Origin: Candidatus Kapaibacterium sp.
Lineage (GTDB): Bacteria; Bacteroidota; Ignavibacteria; Kapaibacteriales; Kapaibacteriaceae
NCBI GenBank assembly: GCA_044224925.1
Contig: JBGAJM010000001.1
Span: forward strand, 113,021-177,020
Direction of reading: 5' to 3'
DNA: 64,000 nt
The notes below the pieces were generated by a model, which was given only the letters and a program-made list of their open reading frames with translations, was not told the origin of the DNA and ran no database searches. Position 1 is the first letter of the stretch, and each line of letters opens with the position of its first letter. Positions 46,719 to 57,767 of this stretch are shown here, one piece after another. The translations under genes and the position numbers were made by a program.

Positions 46719-47348
46719 ATGCGTGCGATAGCGAATCGGGCCTTCCTCCTTGCCGCCTTCCTCATCGTGATCGATCAGATCACGAAGGTGTGGGTGCATA
46801 CCAACATGTTCCTGGGTGAGTCGTTCCCGCTTCTCGGTGAAGTGGTTCGCTGTACCTATGTGCAGAATCCCGGAATGGCCTTCGGCATCAGCTTTGGTGC
46901 CGGAAAGATCCTGCTCACGCTGTTCACCATCGTGATCTCCGTCCTGCTGGCATGGTATCTGCGTCGCCTTCGACCGTTCCATCCGCTCGTACGCGTGGCC
47001 GTGATGCTGATCTTCGCAGGGGCCGTCGGGAATTTGATCGACCGAATGTTCTACGGGGTGATCTTTGGAGAAGACCCACTGATGTTCGGCAAAGTGGTGG
47101 ACTTCATACAAGTGGACATTCCCGATGTGTCGTGGTTTGGAGAGATCTACACGCACTATCCCGTCTTCAACATCGCCGACTCATGCGTGTCGTGCGGCGT
47201 GGTTCTGCTCATCTTCGTGAGCAAGTACATGCCAACAGCAGCAGAGTTGAAGCTCGGTGCCTATCTGTCCAAGGAGCAACACGACGATGGAATCAACAAC
47301 GCAACCCAACCCCTCGGACTTTCTGGAGAAGATCGAGAAGGTCTATGA
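46719..47348 (+). CDS. lspA: lipoprotein signal peptidase II
   Basis: NPGMAFGI and NLIDRM...FNIADS motifs with 4 TM helices. Conserved ileS-dksA-like-lspA linkage. Confidence 0.85.
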   Translation: MRAIANRAFLLAAFLIVIDQITKVWVHTNMFLGESFPLLGEVVRCTYVQNPGMAFGISFGAGKILLTLFTIVISVLLAWYLRRLRPFHPLVRVAVMLIFAGAVGNLIDRMFYGVIFGEDPLMFGKVVDFIQVDIPDVSWFGEIYTHYPVFNIADSCVSCGVVLLIFVSKYMPTAAELKLGAYLSKEQHDDGINNATQPLGLSGEDREGL

Positions 47349-48393
47349 GTTCACGATCCCGGCAAAGCAAAAGCCGGAGCGACTCGATGCATTCCTGACG
47401 CATGCCGTAGAAAATGCAACGCGTACCAAGGTGCAGAAGGGGATCGAGTCCGGCAACGTCCTCGTGAACGGTGCTCCATCGCGCGCCAACTACAAGATCA
47501 AGCCGCATGATGTGATCACATGCACCGTGATGCGCATGCCGCCGATCCAGCTGATCCCCGAAGACATCCCGCTCGACATTCGCTATGAGGACGATGATCT
47601 TGTGGTCATCGAAAAGCCCGCCGGTATCTCCGTCCACCCCGGACTCGGACATCGTAGCGGTACCATCGTGAATGCCATGCTCTATCACATGGGCATCCGA
47701 GAAGCGATCGACGTGTCGACGGACATTGTGCCTTGGGATGAAGAGGATGAATCGGTCGACACGACGGAAGAAGCATCCGAAGCATCGATCTTCGCATCGG
47801 CTGAAGTACGTCCGGGCATCGTCCACCGTCTCGATCGTGATACCACCGGACTCCTTGTCGTTGCCAAGAACTATGGCGCCTCGCTTGCCTTGGCCACGCA
47901 GTTCAAAGACCGCACGGTGCACCGTGAATACGTGGCCCTCGTCTGGGGCGTGATGCGCGACGATTCCGGTCTGATCGAAACACAGATCGGCTACAACTCA
48001 CGCAATCGAAAACTGCGTGCCGTCGTCGACAAAGGCGGCAAGGACGCAGCCACGGAATACACCGTGCTCGAGCGCTATGAATGCGCAACCCTCGTGCGAT
48101 TGAAGCTTCGCACCGGCAGAACACATCAGATCCGCGTCCACATGGCCCACTTGCATCATCCTGTTGTGGGTGATAAGGATTATGGCGGCAGGGATCAGGC
48201 CATTCAAGGTGTGTATCATGCCTATCGGAAGTTGGCCAAGGATATCCTTGCGCATCTCGACCGACAAGCCCTGCATGCACGGACCATCGGGTTCACGCAT
48301 CCCGTGACGAAAAAGGTCATCGACGTTCAGAGCGAGCTGCCCGCCGATATGCAGGCTGCCATCGACCTCTGTCGTGCATCCGCTACGGCCTGA
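47287..48393 (+). CDS. RluA/RluD-family 23S rRNA pseudouridine synthase (S4 domain plus catalytic domain)
   Basis: S4-like KPERLDAFLTHAV...NGAPSRANYKIKPHDVI. Catalytic HRLDRDTTGLLVVAKN with Asp. Unusual acidic insertion (WDEEDESVDTTEEASEAS). The start was set at the internal ATG, 62 nt into lspA. Confidence 0.8.
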   Translation: MESTTQPNPSDFLEKIEKVYEFTIPAKQKPERLDAFLTHAVENATRTKVQKGIESGNVLVNGAPSRANYKIKPHDVITCTVMRMPPIQLIPEDIPLDIRYEDDDLVVIEKPAGISVHPGLGHRSGTIVNAMLYHMGIREAIDVSTDIVPWDEEDESVDTTEEASEASIFASAEVRPGIVHRLDRDTTGLLVVAKNYGASLALATQFKDRTVHREYVALVWGVMRDDSGLIETQIGYNSRNRKLRAVVDKGGKDAATEYTVLERYECATLVRLKLRTGRTHQIRVHMAHLHHPVVGDKDYGGRDQAIQGVYHAYRKLAKDILAHLDRQALHARTIGFTHPVTKKVIDVQSELPADMQAAIDLCRASATA

Positions 48394-48395
48394 CC

Positions 48396-49085
48396 TTACT
48401 TTGGCAGCGGCATTCCTCGCATCCGTCCCGCAATGAACGAAGCGCGCTTGCGCGTATAGGCCGAAGGTGCATCGGCATGGAACCGACGTGGATTGGGCAC
48501 CACAGCCGCTAACAATGCGGCATCGGCGTTCGTGAGTTCCGATGCGGGTTTGTGGAAATAGTATCGCGACGCAGCATCCACTCCGTACAGTCCGTCGCCC
48601 CACTCGATCATGTTCACATACACCTCAAGGATGCGCTGCTTGCCCCAGATCGCTTCGATGAGATAGACGAAGTACACTTCAAATGCCTTGCGCACCATCG
48701 ACCGCCAGGGGACGAGGAAGACGTTCTTCGATGTTTGCATCGTGATGGTGCTTGCCCCCAATGGCGGCTTGCCACGCTTGACCCGTCCCGCATTCACATG
48801 CTTGGCGCGCTCCACGGCCTTCCAGTCGATACCGTTGTGACGGAGGAACTTCCCGTCCTCTCCACTCTGCACCGCACGAAAGATGGCGGGCGAGCAACTC
48901 CCGTACGAGATCCACGAATGTGCCATCGTCATGCGATGTCCGGTGAACGGTGCCTGCACAAAACGCATGGCCATCAAGGGCGTGATGGCGGGAGGGACGA
49001 TGCGGAAAATGGCCACGACCAGCACGGATCCCACGAGGAAGGCCACGATCGTCCGCCATGTCCACACGAAAAAGTTTTTCACCAT
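48396..49085 (-). CDS. mtgA: monofunctional biosynthetic peptidoglycan transglycosylase
   Basis: GT51 motifs GEDGKFLRHNGIDW, GASTITMQTSKN and RILEVYVNMIEWG. N-terminal TM anchor. Confidence 0.85.
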   Translation of the reverse strand: MVKNFFVWTWRTIVAFLVGSVLVVAIFRIVPPAITPLMAMRFVQAPFTGHRMTMAHSWISYGSCSPAIFRAVQSGEDGKFLRHNGIDWKAVERAKHVNAGRVKRGKPPLGASTITMQTSKNVFLVPWRSMVRKAFEVYFVYLIEAIWGKQRILEVYVNMIEWGDGLYGVDAASRYYFHKPASELTNADAALLAAVVPNPRRFHADAPSAYTRKRASFIAGRMRGMPLPK

Positions 49086-49161
49086 ACTTGCGCCAATCCC
49101 TTAAAGAAATTAGGTTTGCAGTGCCCAGAGGTTAAGAATCTAAAGAAACGCCGACCAAAAC

Positions 49162-49614
49162 ATGCTCAAAGACCTAGACCGACAGATCTGTGAACTCCTC
49201 CAGACGAATGCCCGGACCAGCTTGAGCGAGATCGCCGAGAGTGTGGGAACATCCATCCCCACCGTGAGCGACCATGTGCGAAAACTCGAAGAGGCGGGCT
49301 TCATCCACGGATACACGGTCGTCCTCGACGCTGCCCAATGCGGCTTCGACGTCACGGCCTTCATCTTCGTCGACATGGACTCGAGCTCTCACTACGAATC
49401 CTTCCGCAAGAGCTGCCGCCAACGCGCCGACATTCTGGAATGTCATGCCATCACCGGAACTGCCTCGCACCTGATCAAGGTACGCGTTAAAAATACAGCA
49501 GCGCTCGAGCAACTCCTATCGGCCATTCAACTTTGGAAAGGTGTCACGCGCACTCTCACCAACGTCGTCCTCAGCACCCACAAGGAATCACTCGCCCTGC
49601 CGCTTTCGTCATAA
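49162..49614 (+). CDS. Lrp/AsnC-family transcriptional regulator
   Basis: N-terminal HTH ([44 protein letters not shown]) plus a C-terminal RAM domain. 150 aa. Confidence 0.8.
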   Translation: MLKDLDRQICELLQTNARTSLSEIAESVGTSIPTVSDHVRKLEEAGFIHGYTVVLDAAQCGFDVTAFIFVDMDSSSHYESFRKSCRQRADILECHAITGTASHLIKVRVKNTAALEQLLSAIQLWKGVTRTLTNVVLSTHKESLALPLSS

Positions 49615-49616
49615 AC

Positions 49617-49672
49617 TCGTCACTCGTCACTCGTCACTCGTTACTCGTCACTTGTCACTCGTCACTTTTAAC
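49617..49672. repeat. heptanucleotide microsatellite (TCGTCAC) with 7 copies plus one degenerate copy, between the lrp stop and the glnN start
   Basis: tcgtcac tcgtcac tcgtcac tcgttac tcgtcac ttgtcac tcgtcac ttttaac, read directly. The glnN ATG is at 49682. Confidence 0.85.
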
Positions 49673-49681
49673 TCTCTTCCT

Positions 49682-51856
49682 ATGTCTTCCTTCCACGAAT
49701 TCGACGTGATCTCCGCAGCCCGCACGTGGCGCAATGATGCAACAGCGGATCCCTTGCCAACATCGACGCTCAAGGACGTCTTCGCCGACGATGTCCTCAC
49801 GGCCGATCAGCTTCGACAGCGGCTTTCCAAGCCCGTCTGGAAGTCGCTTCAGGCCACGATGGAGAAGGGAAGCACCATCGACCCGGCCATTGCCGATACC
49901 GTGGCCCTGGCCATGATGACGTGGGCACTTGAGAAAGGGGCCACGCACTACACGCACTGGTTCCAACCACTCACGGGCAGCACAGCAGAGAAGCACGACA
50001 GTTTCGTGATGCCGACATCCGATGGAAATGCGATCGCGCAGTTCCACGGCAAGGAGCTCATTCAGGGTGAGCCGGATGCATCGTCGTTCCCGAGCGGTGG
50101 ACTCCGTGCAACGTTCGAAGCGCGTGGGTACACGGCATGGGATCCAACGTCGCCCGCCTTCATCATGCGACACTCGAACGGCGCAACGCTTTGCATCCCG
50201 ACGGCCTTTGCATCGTGGACGGGAGAAGCGCTCGACCTGAAGACGCCATTGCTTCGCTCGCTCGAGTGCTTGAACACAAGCGCACTGCGAGCGATGAAGT
50301 TGTTCGGTCATGACGACGTGTCCAAGGTCTCGTCCACCGTTGGTGTGGAGCAAGAGTACTTTCTCATCGACGAAGAATTCTATTTCCGTCGGTCCGACCT
50401 GGTGATGAGCGGACGGACGTTGTTCGGTGCGAAGCCACCACGTGGACAGGAACTCGAGGACCATTACTTCGGCTCCATTCCGGACCGCGTGCTGAGCTTC
50501 ATGGCCGACGCAGAACATCAGCTCTACAAGCTTGGCATTCCGATCCGAACACGACATAACGAAGTGGCACCCGGTCAGTACGAAGTGGCACCGCTCTTCG
50601 AGGGCAGCAACATCGCTGCCGATCATCAGCAACTCATCATGCAGGTGCTGAAGAACACAGCACGCAAGTTCGGTCTGGTCTGCTTGCTCCACGAAAAGCC
50701 CTTTGCCGGTGTGAACGGAAGCGGCAAGCATGTGAACTGGTCGATGAGCACCGACACAGGATTGAACCTGCTGGAGCCGGGCGAGACGCCACATGAGAAC
50801 ATGATCTTCCTGTTCTTCTGCGCCGCGGTGATCCGCGCCGTCGATACCCATCAAGACCTTCTGCGCGCAAGCGTTGCATCGGCACCGAACGATCATCGTC
50901 TGGGTGCCAACGAAGCACCACCGGCCATCATCTCGATGTTCCTTGGCGATCAACTCACGGAGATCTACGATCGCATCGAGTCCGGCAAGGGCGGCTCCTC
51001 CAAGCGCGCCGGCTTGCTCGGCCTTGGAACACCAGTGCTGCCAACGCTTCCACGTCATGCCGGCGATCGCAACCGCACATCGCCCTTTGCCTTCACCGGC
51101 AACAAGTTCGAATTCCGCGCACCGGGTTCATCTCAGTCCGTCTCGTTCCCGATCACGGTACTCAATACCATCGTCGCCGAATCCATCGATGCGCTTTCGC
51201 GCTCCATCGAGGCACGACTCAAGAAGAAGCAAACCTTCGAGGTCGCTTTGCAAGAGACGCTTCGCGAAGTGTATGCATCGCACAAGCGCATCATCTTCAA
51301 TGGCGACGGATATGCGGCGAAGTGGCATCGCGAAGCAGAGAAGCGCGGACTCTTGAATCTGCCGACGACCCTTTCCGCCCTTCATCACCTTACGAGCGAC
51401 AAGAACACGAAGCTCTTCTCCGACTATGGCGTGCTGTCGCATCGCGAGATCGAAGCACGTGCAGAAGTGATGTACGACCAGTACTTCAAGACGGTGAACA
51501 TCGAAGGGGAGACCACGGAATGGGTGGCGCAAACGCAGATCCTGCCGGGTGTGCTGCAGTACTTGCAAGACCTCGCACAAACGTCCGTGGCCATGCATGG
51601 CGGTTCGCTCGCAACGACGCGCACCATCGAGCAGATCTCGCAAGGTGCGGATCAACTCTCGCATGCATTGGAACATCTGCGCTCGATGAATCTCGAGCTC
51701 GGCGGTGATACATTGCTGGAGAAGGCCCAACACATGCACGAGAACGTGTTGCCGGCCATGTTGGCTGTGCGCAAGGCCGCCGACCAATTGGAGCGCGTGA
51801 TGGCCTATAAGCACTGGCCGCTTCCGGGCTATCGCGAAATGCTATTCGTGAAGTAG
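49682..51856 (+). CDS. glnN: glutamine synthetase, type III
   Basis: 724 aa from [15 protein letters not shown]. The length and the GSIII-specific N-terminal domain plus catalytic core ([20 protein letters not shown]) fit type III GS. The track ORF start at 49541 runs through the heptamer repeat and is rejected. Confidence 0.85.
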   Translation: MSSFHEFDVISAARTWRNDATADPLPTSTLKDVFADDVLTADQLRQRLSKPVWKSLQATMEKGSTIDPAIADTVALAMMTWALEKGATHYTHWFQPLTGSTAEKHDSFVMPTSDGNAIAQFHGKELIQGEPDASSFPSGGLRATFEARGYTAWDPTSPAFIMRHSNGATLCIPTAFASWTGEALDLKTPLLRSLECLNTSALRAMKLFGHDDVSKVSSTVGVEQEYFLIDEEFYFRRSDLVMSGRTLFGAKPPRGQELEDHYFGSIPDRVLSFMADAEHQLYKLGIPIRTRHNEVAPGQYEVAPLFEGSNIAADHQQLIMQVLKNTARKFGLVCLLHEKPFAGVNGSGKHVNWSMSTDTGLNLLEPGETPHENMIFLFFCAAVIRAVDTHQDLLRASVASAPNDHRLGANEAPPAIISMFLGDQLTEIYDRIESGKGGSSKRAGLLGLGTPVLPTLPRHAGDRNRTSPFAFTGNKFEFRAPGSSQSVSFPITVLNTIVAESIDALSRSIEARLKKKQTFEVALQETLREVYASHKRIIFNGDGYAAKWHREAEKRGLLNLPTTLSALHHLTSDKNTKLFSDYGVLSHREIEARAEVMYDQYFKTVNIEGETTEWVAQTQILPGVLQYLQDLAQTSVAMHGGSLATTRTIEQISQGADQLSHALEHLRSMNLELGGDTLLEKAQHMHENVLPAMLAVRKAADQLERVMAYKHWPLPGYREMLFVK

Positions 51857-54055
51857 GATCGGCACCGATCGCACACTGAACGGCGATAGCAGTTGCAACA
51901 GATACAGTCCATGTGCCAGCGATGTTCGCGGCATGTGGACTGTATGCGTTTCAGCAGCATCCGACGTGTGATCGAACGCTGCGCTTGCAACGAGTCCGCC
52001 ATCGATCGATCGAAGGTCGATCCGATGCATGCCGCGCTCTTGCGTGAGCACGTCAACATCGATCACATCGGCATCGTCCACATGCAATCGTTCGATGCGC
52101 AGTGGTTGCAGGAAGCGCACCATCCGCCCTTCGAGAAAACACGTCGTGACCGTGCACGATCCATCCTGCGTGCGCACCGGATGAGAGCCGGCAGGGGAGA
52201 TCGTGATCGACTCGAACGTCAGCGGCGTTGACGATGGCACGTCGAGCAGCGTGTTGACGATCAGGTCCGTCACATGCGATGAACGCGCCGGATGCACATC
52301 GAGCACGCGGAACTGCACACGCCGCACGGAATCGTCCATGCTTTCACTGATGTACAGTCCGTTGCTCACACCGCGCGAGATCAACAACGTGCGCTTGAAG
52401 CGGATCATCCCCTCAACGTCGATCGCCTCGCCGCCCTCCATGGTCCCTTCGACCGTCACGGAGATCGGCAAGGCCACGGTCGTACCCGCTGCGACGGTGG
52501 TATCAGGCAAGGAGAAGAGCAAGGTGGCAGGGGGCGGGGCATCGATGGCCGATGCAATGATGGTCGACGTGAGATCTGTTGCACAGTCGGACAGCAGTTC
52601 GCACTGCATGCGGAGTGTGGTGGTGTCGACAACCGTGGGAGACCATTCGAGCGTGAGCGTCACGGTGCGTCCGGGATCGACGAGGCGTGGAAGTGTTGGA
52701 GCGATCACGCGTATCGGTGGCACCGATGGCGTGAAGGAGATGTTCATGATGCTGAAGGGCGTGGTGCCTGTGTTCTGCACGTCGACGTTGATGCGGGCCG
52801 TGCTGCCCACCGTCGTCGGACCGAGGACCACCGGATCTGCAATGGTGGCCGTTGGTGTTGCACCGGCCAACACTTCGAAGAAGGCCGTGTCCGAACAGTT
52901 CTCAAGTGTTGTGGCGATCACGCGATAGATACCGGCGGCGTTCACATCGATCGATGGTGTGCGATCTCCGGTGTTCCATGCATAGATGGCAATACCCGGT
53001 GTGGCGGAGAGGGTGAAGCGGTCGCCCGGACAGACGATGCGTGGACCCGTGATGTCGACGGATGGCAGGGGATGAACGAAGACCTCAAGTGTGTCCGACG
53101 TTCCGGTGCACCCGCTGGAGTCAACAAGGTCCACCCAATACATGCCGGATCGCGAAACGTGGATCGTCGACGTGGTGTCACCCGAGTTCCATCGATACGA
53201 CAGGTAGCCATTGCCAACACGAAGCTCCGTGGAGTCACCTTCGCAGATGTTCCGTCGGTTGAAGAGCAACTCCGGTCGCAGTCGCGCACCTACGCGCACG
53301 GCATACTGTGCCACCGATGCACATACCTGTGCATCCGGTCGCGGCAGTGACGTGGTGAGCTCCACCTGTCCGCTCCCATTCCACCGCACACGAATGGCCC
53401 GCGTGTTCTGTCCTTGCAGGATCGTCCCGCCCACCACATTCCACGCATAGGAGGCGCCGGGCACGTTGTTCGCCACATAGGTGGCCTCGGAGCCTCTGCA
53501 TGCAGCGTTGGGTCCGTTGATGGCCGACGTGGGCACGGGTAGGAACTCGACCACCAGACTGTCGCTGCTTCCCACACATCCGTTGCTATCCATCACCGTC
53601 ACTCGGAACACGCCGTTCTTCGTGATGGAGATCGTTCGCGTTGTATCGCCGGTGTTCCATCGATACCACACGAACAGGTCGGGCGCTTGCAGGGCGGCCA
53701 CATCACCTTCGCACAGATACTGCCGTCCGTTCCCGATGAACGGATGCGGCTTGGGCACGTCGCGGATCACGATACGCCCCGAATCAAGCGAACCGTTCCG
53801 GTTGATGGCATAGACCACATAGGTGCCACCCACATTCACGTAGATCGTCTGCCCTCGTTCACCGGTGCTCCACACGTAGTTACTGTAGCCGGAATCCGCC
53901 GTGATCGCTTGTGCACTCGACCCCTCGCAGATATGCTGCGGACCGGACAGACCGATCCCCGCCGCCTTGCCGCCGTAGGGGACAAGACAGAACAAAAGCA
54001 TGATCATGACGGCGGCGTGCGACAGCAACGTTCTCCTTCCTATATTCGGCATCAA
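51842..54055 (-). CDS. secreted multi-Ig/SprB-like repeat protein with a T9SS C-terminal domain
   Basis: Repeated units of about 75-85 aa with conserved Cys/Gly/Trp ([31 protein letters not shown]...[29 protein letters not shown]). C-terminal [23 protein letters not shown]. The alternative start at Met17 (54007) gives a better signal peptide. Confidence 0.65.
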   Translation of the reverse strand: MMPNIGRRTLLSHAAVMIMLLFCLVPYGGKAAGIGLSGPQHICEGSSAQAITADSGYSNYVWSTGERGQTIYVNVGGTYVVYAINRNGSLDSGRIVIRDVPKPHPFIGNGRQYLCEGDVAALQAPDLFVWYRWNTGDTTRTISITKNGVFRVTVMDSNGCVGSSDSLVVEFLPVPTSAINGPNAACRGSEATYVANNVPGASYAWNVVGGTILQGQNTRAIRVRWNGSGQVELTTSLPRPDAQVCASVAQYAVRVGARLRPELLFNRRNICEGDSTELRVGNGYLSYRWNSGDTTSTIHVSRSGMYWVDLVDSSGCTGTSDTLEVFVHPLPSVDITGPRIVCPGDRFTLSATPGIAIYAWNTGDRTPSIDVNAAGIYRVIATTLENCSDTAFFEVLAGATPTATIADPVVLGPTTVGSTARINVDVQNTGTTPFSIMNISFTPSVPPIRVIAPTLPRLVDPGRTVTLTLEWSPTVVDTTTLRMQCELLSDCATDLTSTIIASAIDAPPPATLLFSLPDTTVAAGTTVALPISVTVEGTMEGGEAIDVEGMIRFKRTLLISRGVSNGLYISESMDDSVRRVQFRVLDVHPARSSHVTDLIVNTLLDVPSSTPLTFESITISPAGSHPVRTQDGSCTVTTCFLEGRMVRFLQPLRIERLHVDDADVIDVDVLTQERGMHRIDLRSIDGGLVASAAFDHTSDAAETHTVHMPRTSLAHGLYLLQLLSPFSVRSVPILLHE

Positions 54056-54083
54056 GTTACCGAGATTTCACCGAGGGCATTCC

Positions 54084-57000
54084 ATGCGTCAAGGATACCT
54101 GTTCCTGATCCTCCTGCTGGCAACGTTCCTGCCCCTGCACGCCCATCGCGGATGCATGCTCAAGCCCTTGCCCCTGCACGACCGACTTCGCAGTGCCCAT
54201 GCCATTGTAGAGGGTGTGGTGGGCACGTCGACCACCGAGATCATCAACGATCGCATTCACACACGATGGCACATCGATGTGGTGCGTGCATGGGACCTGC
54301 CCGTTGCACGTCCATCGATCGACGTCGTCATCGAAGGTGGGACCTATCAGCAACAACGCCTTGTCGTGATCCCCAATGCCAGTGTGCACAGCGGTGAACA
54401 TGTGGTGTTGATGCTCGATCCGTTCGATGCACAAACGAACACGTATGTGATCTCGAGCGGACCGCAAGGCGTGATGACCGATCGCGAAGGATCGTTCGTC
54501 GATGCCATCGGCACCCGCGTTGCCGACATGGATCTCTTCGCACAGGTCTCCGCTGTACGCGGACGTATGCCGAGCTTCCCCGGTGGTGGCGTGATGTTCT
54601 CCGAACCCATCATGCGTTCATCCAAGCAGCACGAATCAACGCAGGCGCTTGCCGTTACCAGCTTGAGCCCGACAACCTTCAATGCGGGCACGTTGACCAG
54701 CCTCACCATCAAGGGCACGGGCTTCGGAGTGAAGGGTGCGAACAGCACGGTCAGATTCGTCAGCGCTGATGAGGGTGGCGAGGTGTTCGGAACATTGCCG
54801 CCGTTCCATATTCAATCATGGAACGACACGATCATCGTTGTCCACGTTCCGTGTACCGCCGATGACAATCCGACAGCCGGGACCGGAAAGGTTCGCGTGA
54901 TCACGGATGGCAATGAGATCCTCACAACAACACAGACCATCAACGTCAACTGGGCACAGTTCACGAATCAGAACACAGCGGGTGCGCAGGTGGATCAATG
55001 GTCACCGGTGGAGTTGGTGAACGATAACGGACAGAACGGATACACCTTCACTCTGAATGCCGGACTCGCTGCACAGAATGCGGCCAACCTTGCCGTGCGT
55101 CGTGCACTGTCGACGTGGCGATGCAAGACGGGCGCCAACCTTGCCGTTGCAGCCGGCACCACGAACGTTGCCTGTACGAATGGTGCCGACGGTATCAATG
55201 TGATCACGTTCGACGGTGCAGCCTGTCAGTTGCCCAACGGCGTTCTTGGCGTGTGTTACTTCTACTATGCAGCATGCACACAAGGCGGTACACAGTATTG
55301 GCGCGTCGATGATATCGACCTGATCATGGACGGCGGAACGAACTGGCAGTATGGGCCGGCCGCTCCGGTGGCCCCGCAAGTGGACTTTGAAACGGTCGTC
55401 CTCCATGAGATCGGACACGGACTTGGTCTTGGTCATGTGCGCGACGCCGCGGCCGTGATGTACTGGGCACTTGCTGCCGGCGATCAACGACGCACGCCCT
55501 TGGCCTCGAGCGATAGTACCGGTGGTCGGTCCATCGTGAACAGATCGACCGTGGCCCATGCATGCGGTCCTACTGCCATGAACGCCGTTGGCGCGGGCGT
55601 ATGCAACCTGGCTCCTCCCGCTGCCTCGTTCACGACCAACGTTGTGCGCGGCTGTTCGCCACTGACGGTGACGTTCACGAATACGAGCACCAACGAACCG
55701 ACCAACACGAACTGGGATGTCAACAACGATGGCGTTGTGGACTACACGTCGACGAATTGTACGCACACCTATACAACGTCCGGCACCTACACCGTACGGA
55801 TGGCCGTATCGAATGCCTTTGGCACCGACGAGATCATCAAAACGAATTTGATCGTTGCGCTGAGCGTACCACTCGTGAATGCGGGACCGGACGATACCGT
55901 CTGTCTTGGATCTTCAGCGACACTGGGTGCAACGCCCGTTGCGACGGGGAACACACCATTCGTGTATCGTTGGCGACCAGGCAACGTGTTGAACGATTCA
56001 ACGGTTGCCAATCCTATAGCCACCATCACCACGACGACCACATTCTCCGTTACCGTCACCGATGTGAACGGATGCGTCCGTGCAGACACGATGGTGCTTA
56101 CGGTGATCCCTCGTCCGATCGTGAACACCGGTGCCGATACGTCGCTCTGTCAAGGTGATGCAAAGACACTCAATGCCGTTGTGACGAGCGGTCTCGCTCC
56201 GTACCAATTCCAGTGGACGCCGGCTGCAGGACTGAACGACCCAACGATCCAGAAGCCTGTTGCGACGCCATCAACAACAACGTCCTATGTGCTGACGGTG
56301 ACCGATGTTCGCGGCTGCGTGCAGGCGGACACGATGAAGATCACGGTGCATCCGTTGCCAGTGGTGAATGCGGGACCGGACACGGTGATCATCTGCGCCG
56401 GTGGTTCGATCCAACTCCAGCCCACGATCGTGTCAACAGCACTGCCGCTTTCATATCAATGGGAACCATCGGCAGGGTTGTCTGCTGTGAACACGCCGAA
56501 TCCGATCGCATCGCCGATATCATCGCAGGTGTATACGCTCACCGTGACCGACAACAACGGTTGTTCGAAGAGCGACCAACTGTTGATCCGCGTGATCGAG
56601 CTTCCGAAGCCCGTGATCACGACGCCCACCACGGGCACGCTTTGCGAAGGACAGACCGTGCGCCTTGATGCGGGTGCCGGATTCGCAACCTATCTATGGT
56701 CCACCGGTGCCACGACGCGCACCATCGATGTGACGACATCCGGATCGTACACCGTCCGCGTGACGAATTCCTTCGACTGTGAAGGGCAGTCCGTTCCCTA
56801 TGTCTTGACGTTCAACAGAACACCAGCACCGCAGGTCACGGGCCCATCGCAGACATGTGTGAATGCAACGGCTGTGTATTCCGTGACGGCCGTGAGTGGC
56901 GACGCGTATGCATGGACGGTCACGAACGGCACCATTCGGAATGGAGCGGGCACGCCGACGATCTCTGTGCAATGGGGAAGTACCGGCACAGGTACCGTTG

Positions 57001-57758
57001 CCTGTACACAAACGTCGGCAGCGGGATGCGTGGGGACGTCGACGACCATGAACGTCACCTTCGGCTCCGTCATCGTTCCAACGATCACAGTGTCGGGTTC
57101 CACCTCGCTCTGCGACGGCGAGAGCATCGAGCTCGACGCAGGTGTCTACAACACCTATCAATGGTCAACAGGAGCCACGACGCGCAAGATCACGGTCAAC
57201 AAGGCAGGCTCATACACCGTCACCGTCTCCGAACCCGGCGGCTGCACGGGTACGTCGACACCGATCGTCGTGACCACGAAACCCGCACCGGCCACACCTT
57301 CCATCGTTCGCACACAGAACACCTTGGAATGCAGTGTCGTGGGTGCCGCCTATCAATGGTCGGAGTCCAACACACCCATTCCCTTTGCAACGCAGCGCAC
57401 CTACACGGTGGTGACACCGGGCTCCTATCGCGTGCGTGTGACGGCCGAGAATGCCTGTTCGGCAACATCGGAACCGTTCGTCGTGAATACGGTCGGTGTT
57501 CGTGAAGAAGAGGTCGTGGATGACGTGACCATCTCACCAAACCCTGTGACGGATCAATGCATGATCACGACGCAGGGAAGGTGGCAGGGAGGCGAGGCCA
57601 TCATTGTGGATGCACGCGGCGTGCGCCGTGCCTCCCTTGTTCTTCCGAGTGGCACATCGGAGTTCGCCTTCGATACTTCATTCCTCGATGCCGGCGTGTA
57701 CACCATGATGGTGCAGCACGATGGACGGAGCCTTCGCCTTCGATTCGTGAAGCTGTAG
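54084..57758 (+). CDS. secreted metzincin-type zinc metalloprotease with a PKD domain, about 9 SprB-like Ig repeats and a T9SS C-terminal domain
   Basis: Signal peptide MRQGYLFLILLLATFLPLHA. HEIGHGLGLGH matches the metzincin HExxHxxGxxH zinc site. PKD-like segment (NWDVNNDGVVDYTSTNCTHTYTTSGTYTVRMAVSN). Repeats of the form VNAGPD..C.G....L.A..G.PY.Y.W.P...L.........P......Y.VTVTD.NGC. The C-terminus ISPNPVTDQCMI... is a T9SS CTD. Confidence 0.75.
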   Translation: MRQGYLFLILLLATFLPLHAHRGCMLKPLPLHDRLRSAHAIVEGVVGTSTTEIINDRIHTRWHIDVVRAWDLPVARPSIDVVIEGGTYQQQRLVVIPNASVHSGEHVVLMLDPFDAQTNTYVISSGPQGVMTDREGSFVDAIGTRVADMDLFAQVSAVRGRMPSFPGGGVMFSEPIMRSSKQHESTQALAVTSLSPTTFNAGTLTSLTIKGTGFGVKGANSTVRFVSADEGGEVFGTLPPFHIQSWNDTIIVVHVPCTADDNPTAGTGKVRVITDGNEILTTTQTINVNWAQFTNQNTAGAQVDQWSPVELVNDNGQNGYTFTLNAGLAAQNAANLAVRRALSTWRCKTGANLAVAAGTTNVACTNGADGINVITFDGAACQLPNGVLGVCYFYYAACTQGGTQYWRVDDIDLIMDGGTNWQYGPAAPVAPQVDFETVVLHEIGHGLGLGHVRDAAAVMYWALAAGDQRRTPLASSDSTGGRSIVNRSTVAHACGPTAMNAVGAGVCNLAPPAASFTTNVVRGCSPLTVTFTNTSTNEPTNTNWDVNNDGVVDYTSTNCTHTYTTSGTYTVRMAVSNAFGTDEIIKTNLIVALSVPLVNAGPDDTVCLGSSATLGATPVATGNTPFVYRWRPGNVLNDSTVANPIATITTTTTFSVTVTDVNGCVRADTMVLTVIPRPIVNTGADTSLCQGDAKTLNAVVTSGLAPYQFQWTPAAGLNDPTIQKPVATPSTTTSYVLTVTDVRGCVQADTMKITVHPLPVVNAGPDTVIICAGGSIQLQPTIVSTALPLSYQWEPSAGLSAVNTPNPIASPISSQVYTLTVTDNNGCSKSDQLLIRVIELPKPVITTPTTGTLCEGQTVRLDAGAGFATYLWSTGATTRTIDVTTSGSYTVRVTNSFDCEGQSVPYVLTFNRTPAPQVTGPSQTCVNATAVYSVTAVSGDAYAWTVTNGTIRNGAGTPTISVQWGSTGTGTVACTQTSAAGCVGTSTTMNVTFGSVIVPTITVSGSTSLCDGESIELDAGVYNTYQWSTGATTRKITVNKAGSYTVTVSEPGGCTGTSTPIVVTTKPAPATPSIVRTQNTLECSVVGAAYQWSESNTPIPFATQRTYTVVTPGSYRVRVTAENACSATSEPFVVNTVGVREEEVVDDVTISPNPVTDQCMITTQGRWQGGEAIIVDARGVRRASLVLPSGTSEFAFDTSFLDAGVYTMMVQHDGRSLRLRFVKL

Positions 57759-57767
57759 ATCGGTCGA

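Noticed and set aside
49541-49681. Upstream extension of the glnN ORF ([17 protein letters not shown]...)
   Set aside because: The peptide periodicity merely reflects translation of the 7-bp tandem repeat. The conserved GS III N-terminus starts at MSSFHEF (49682).
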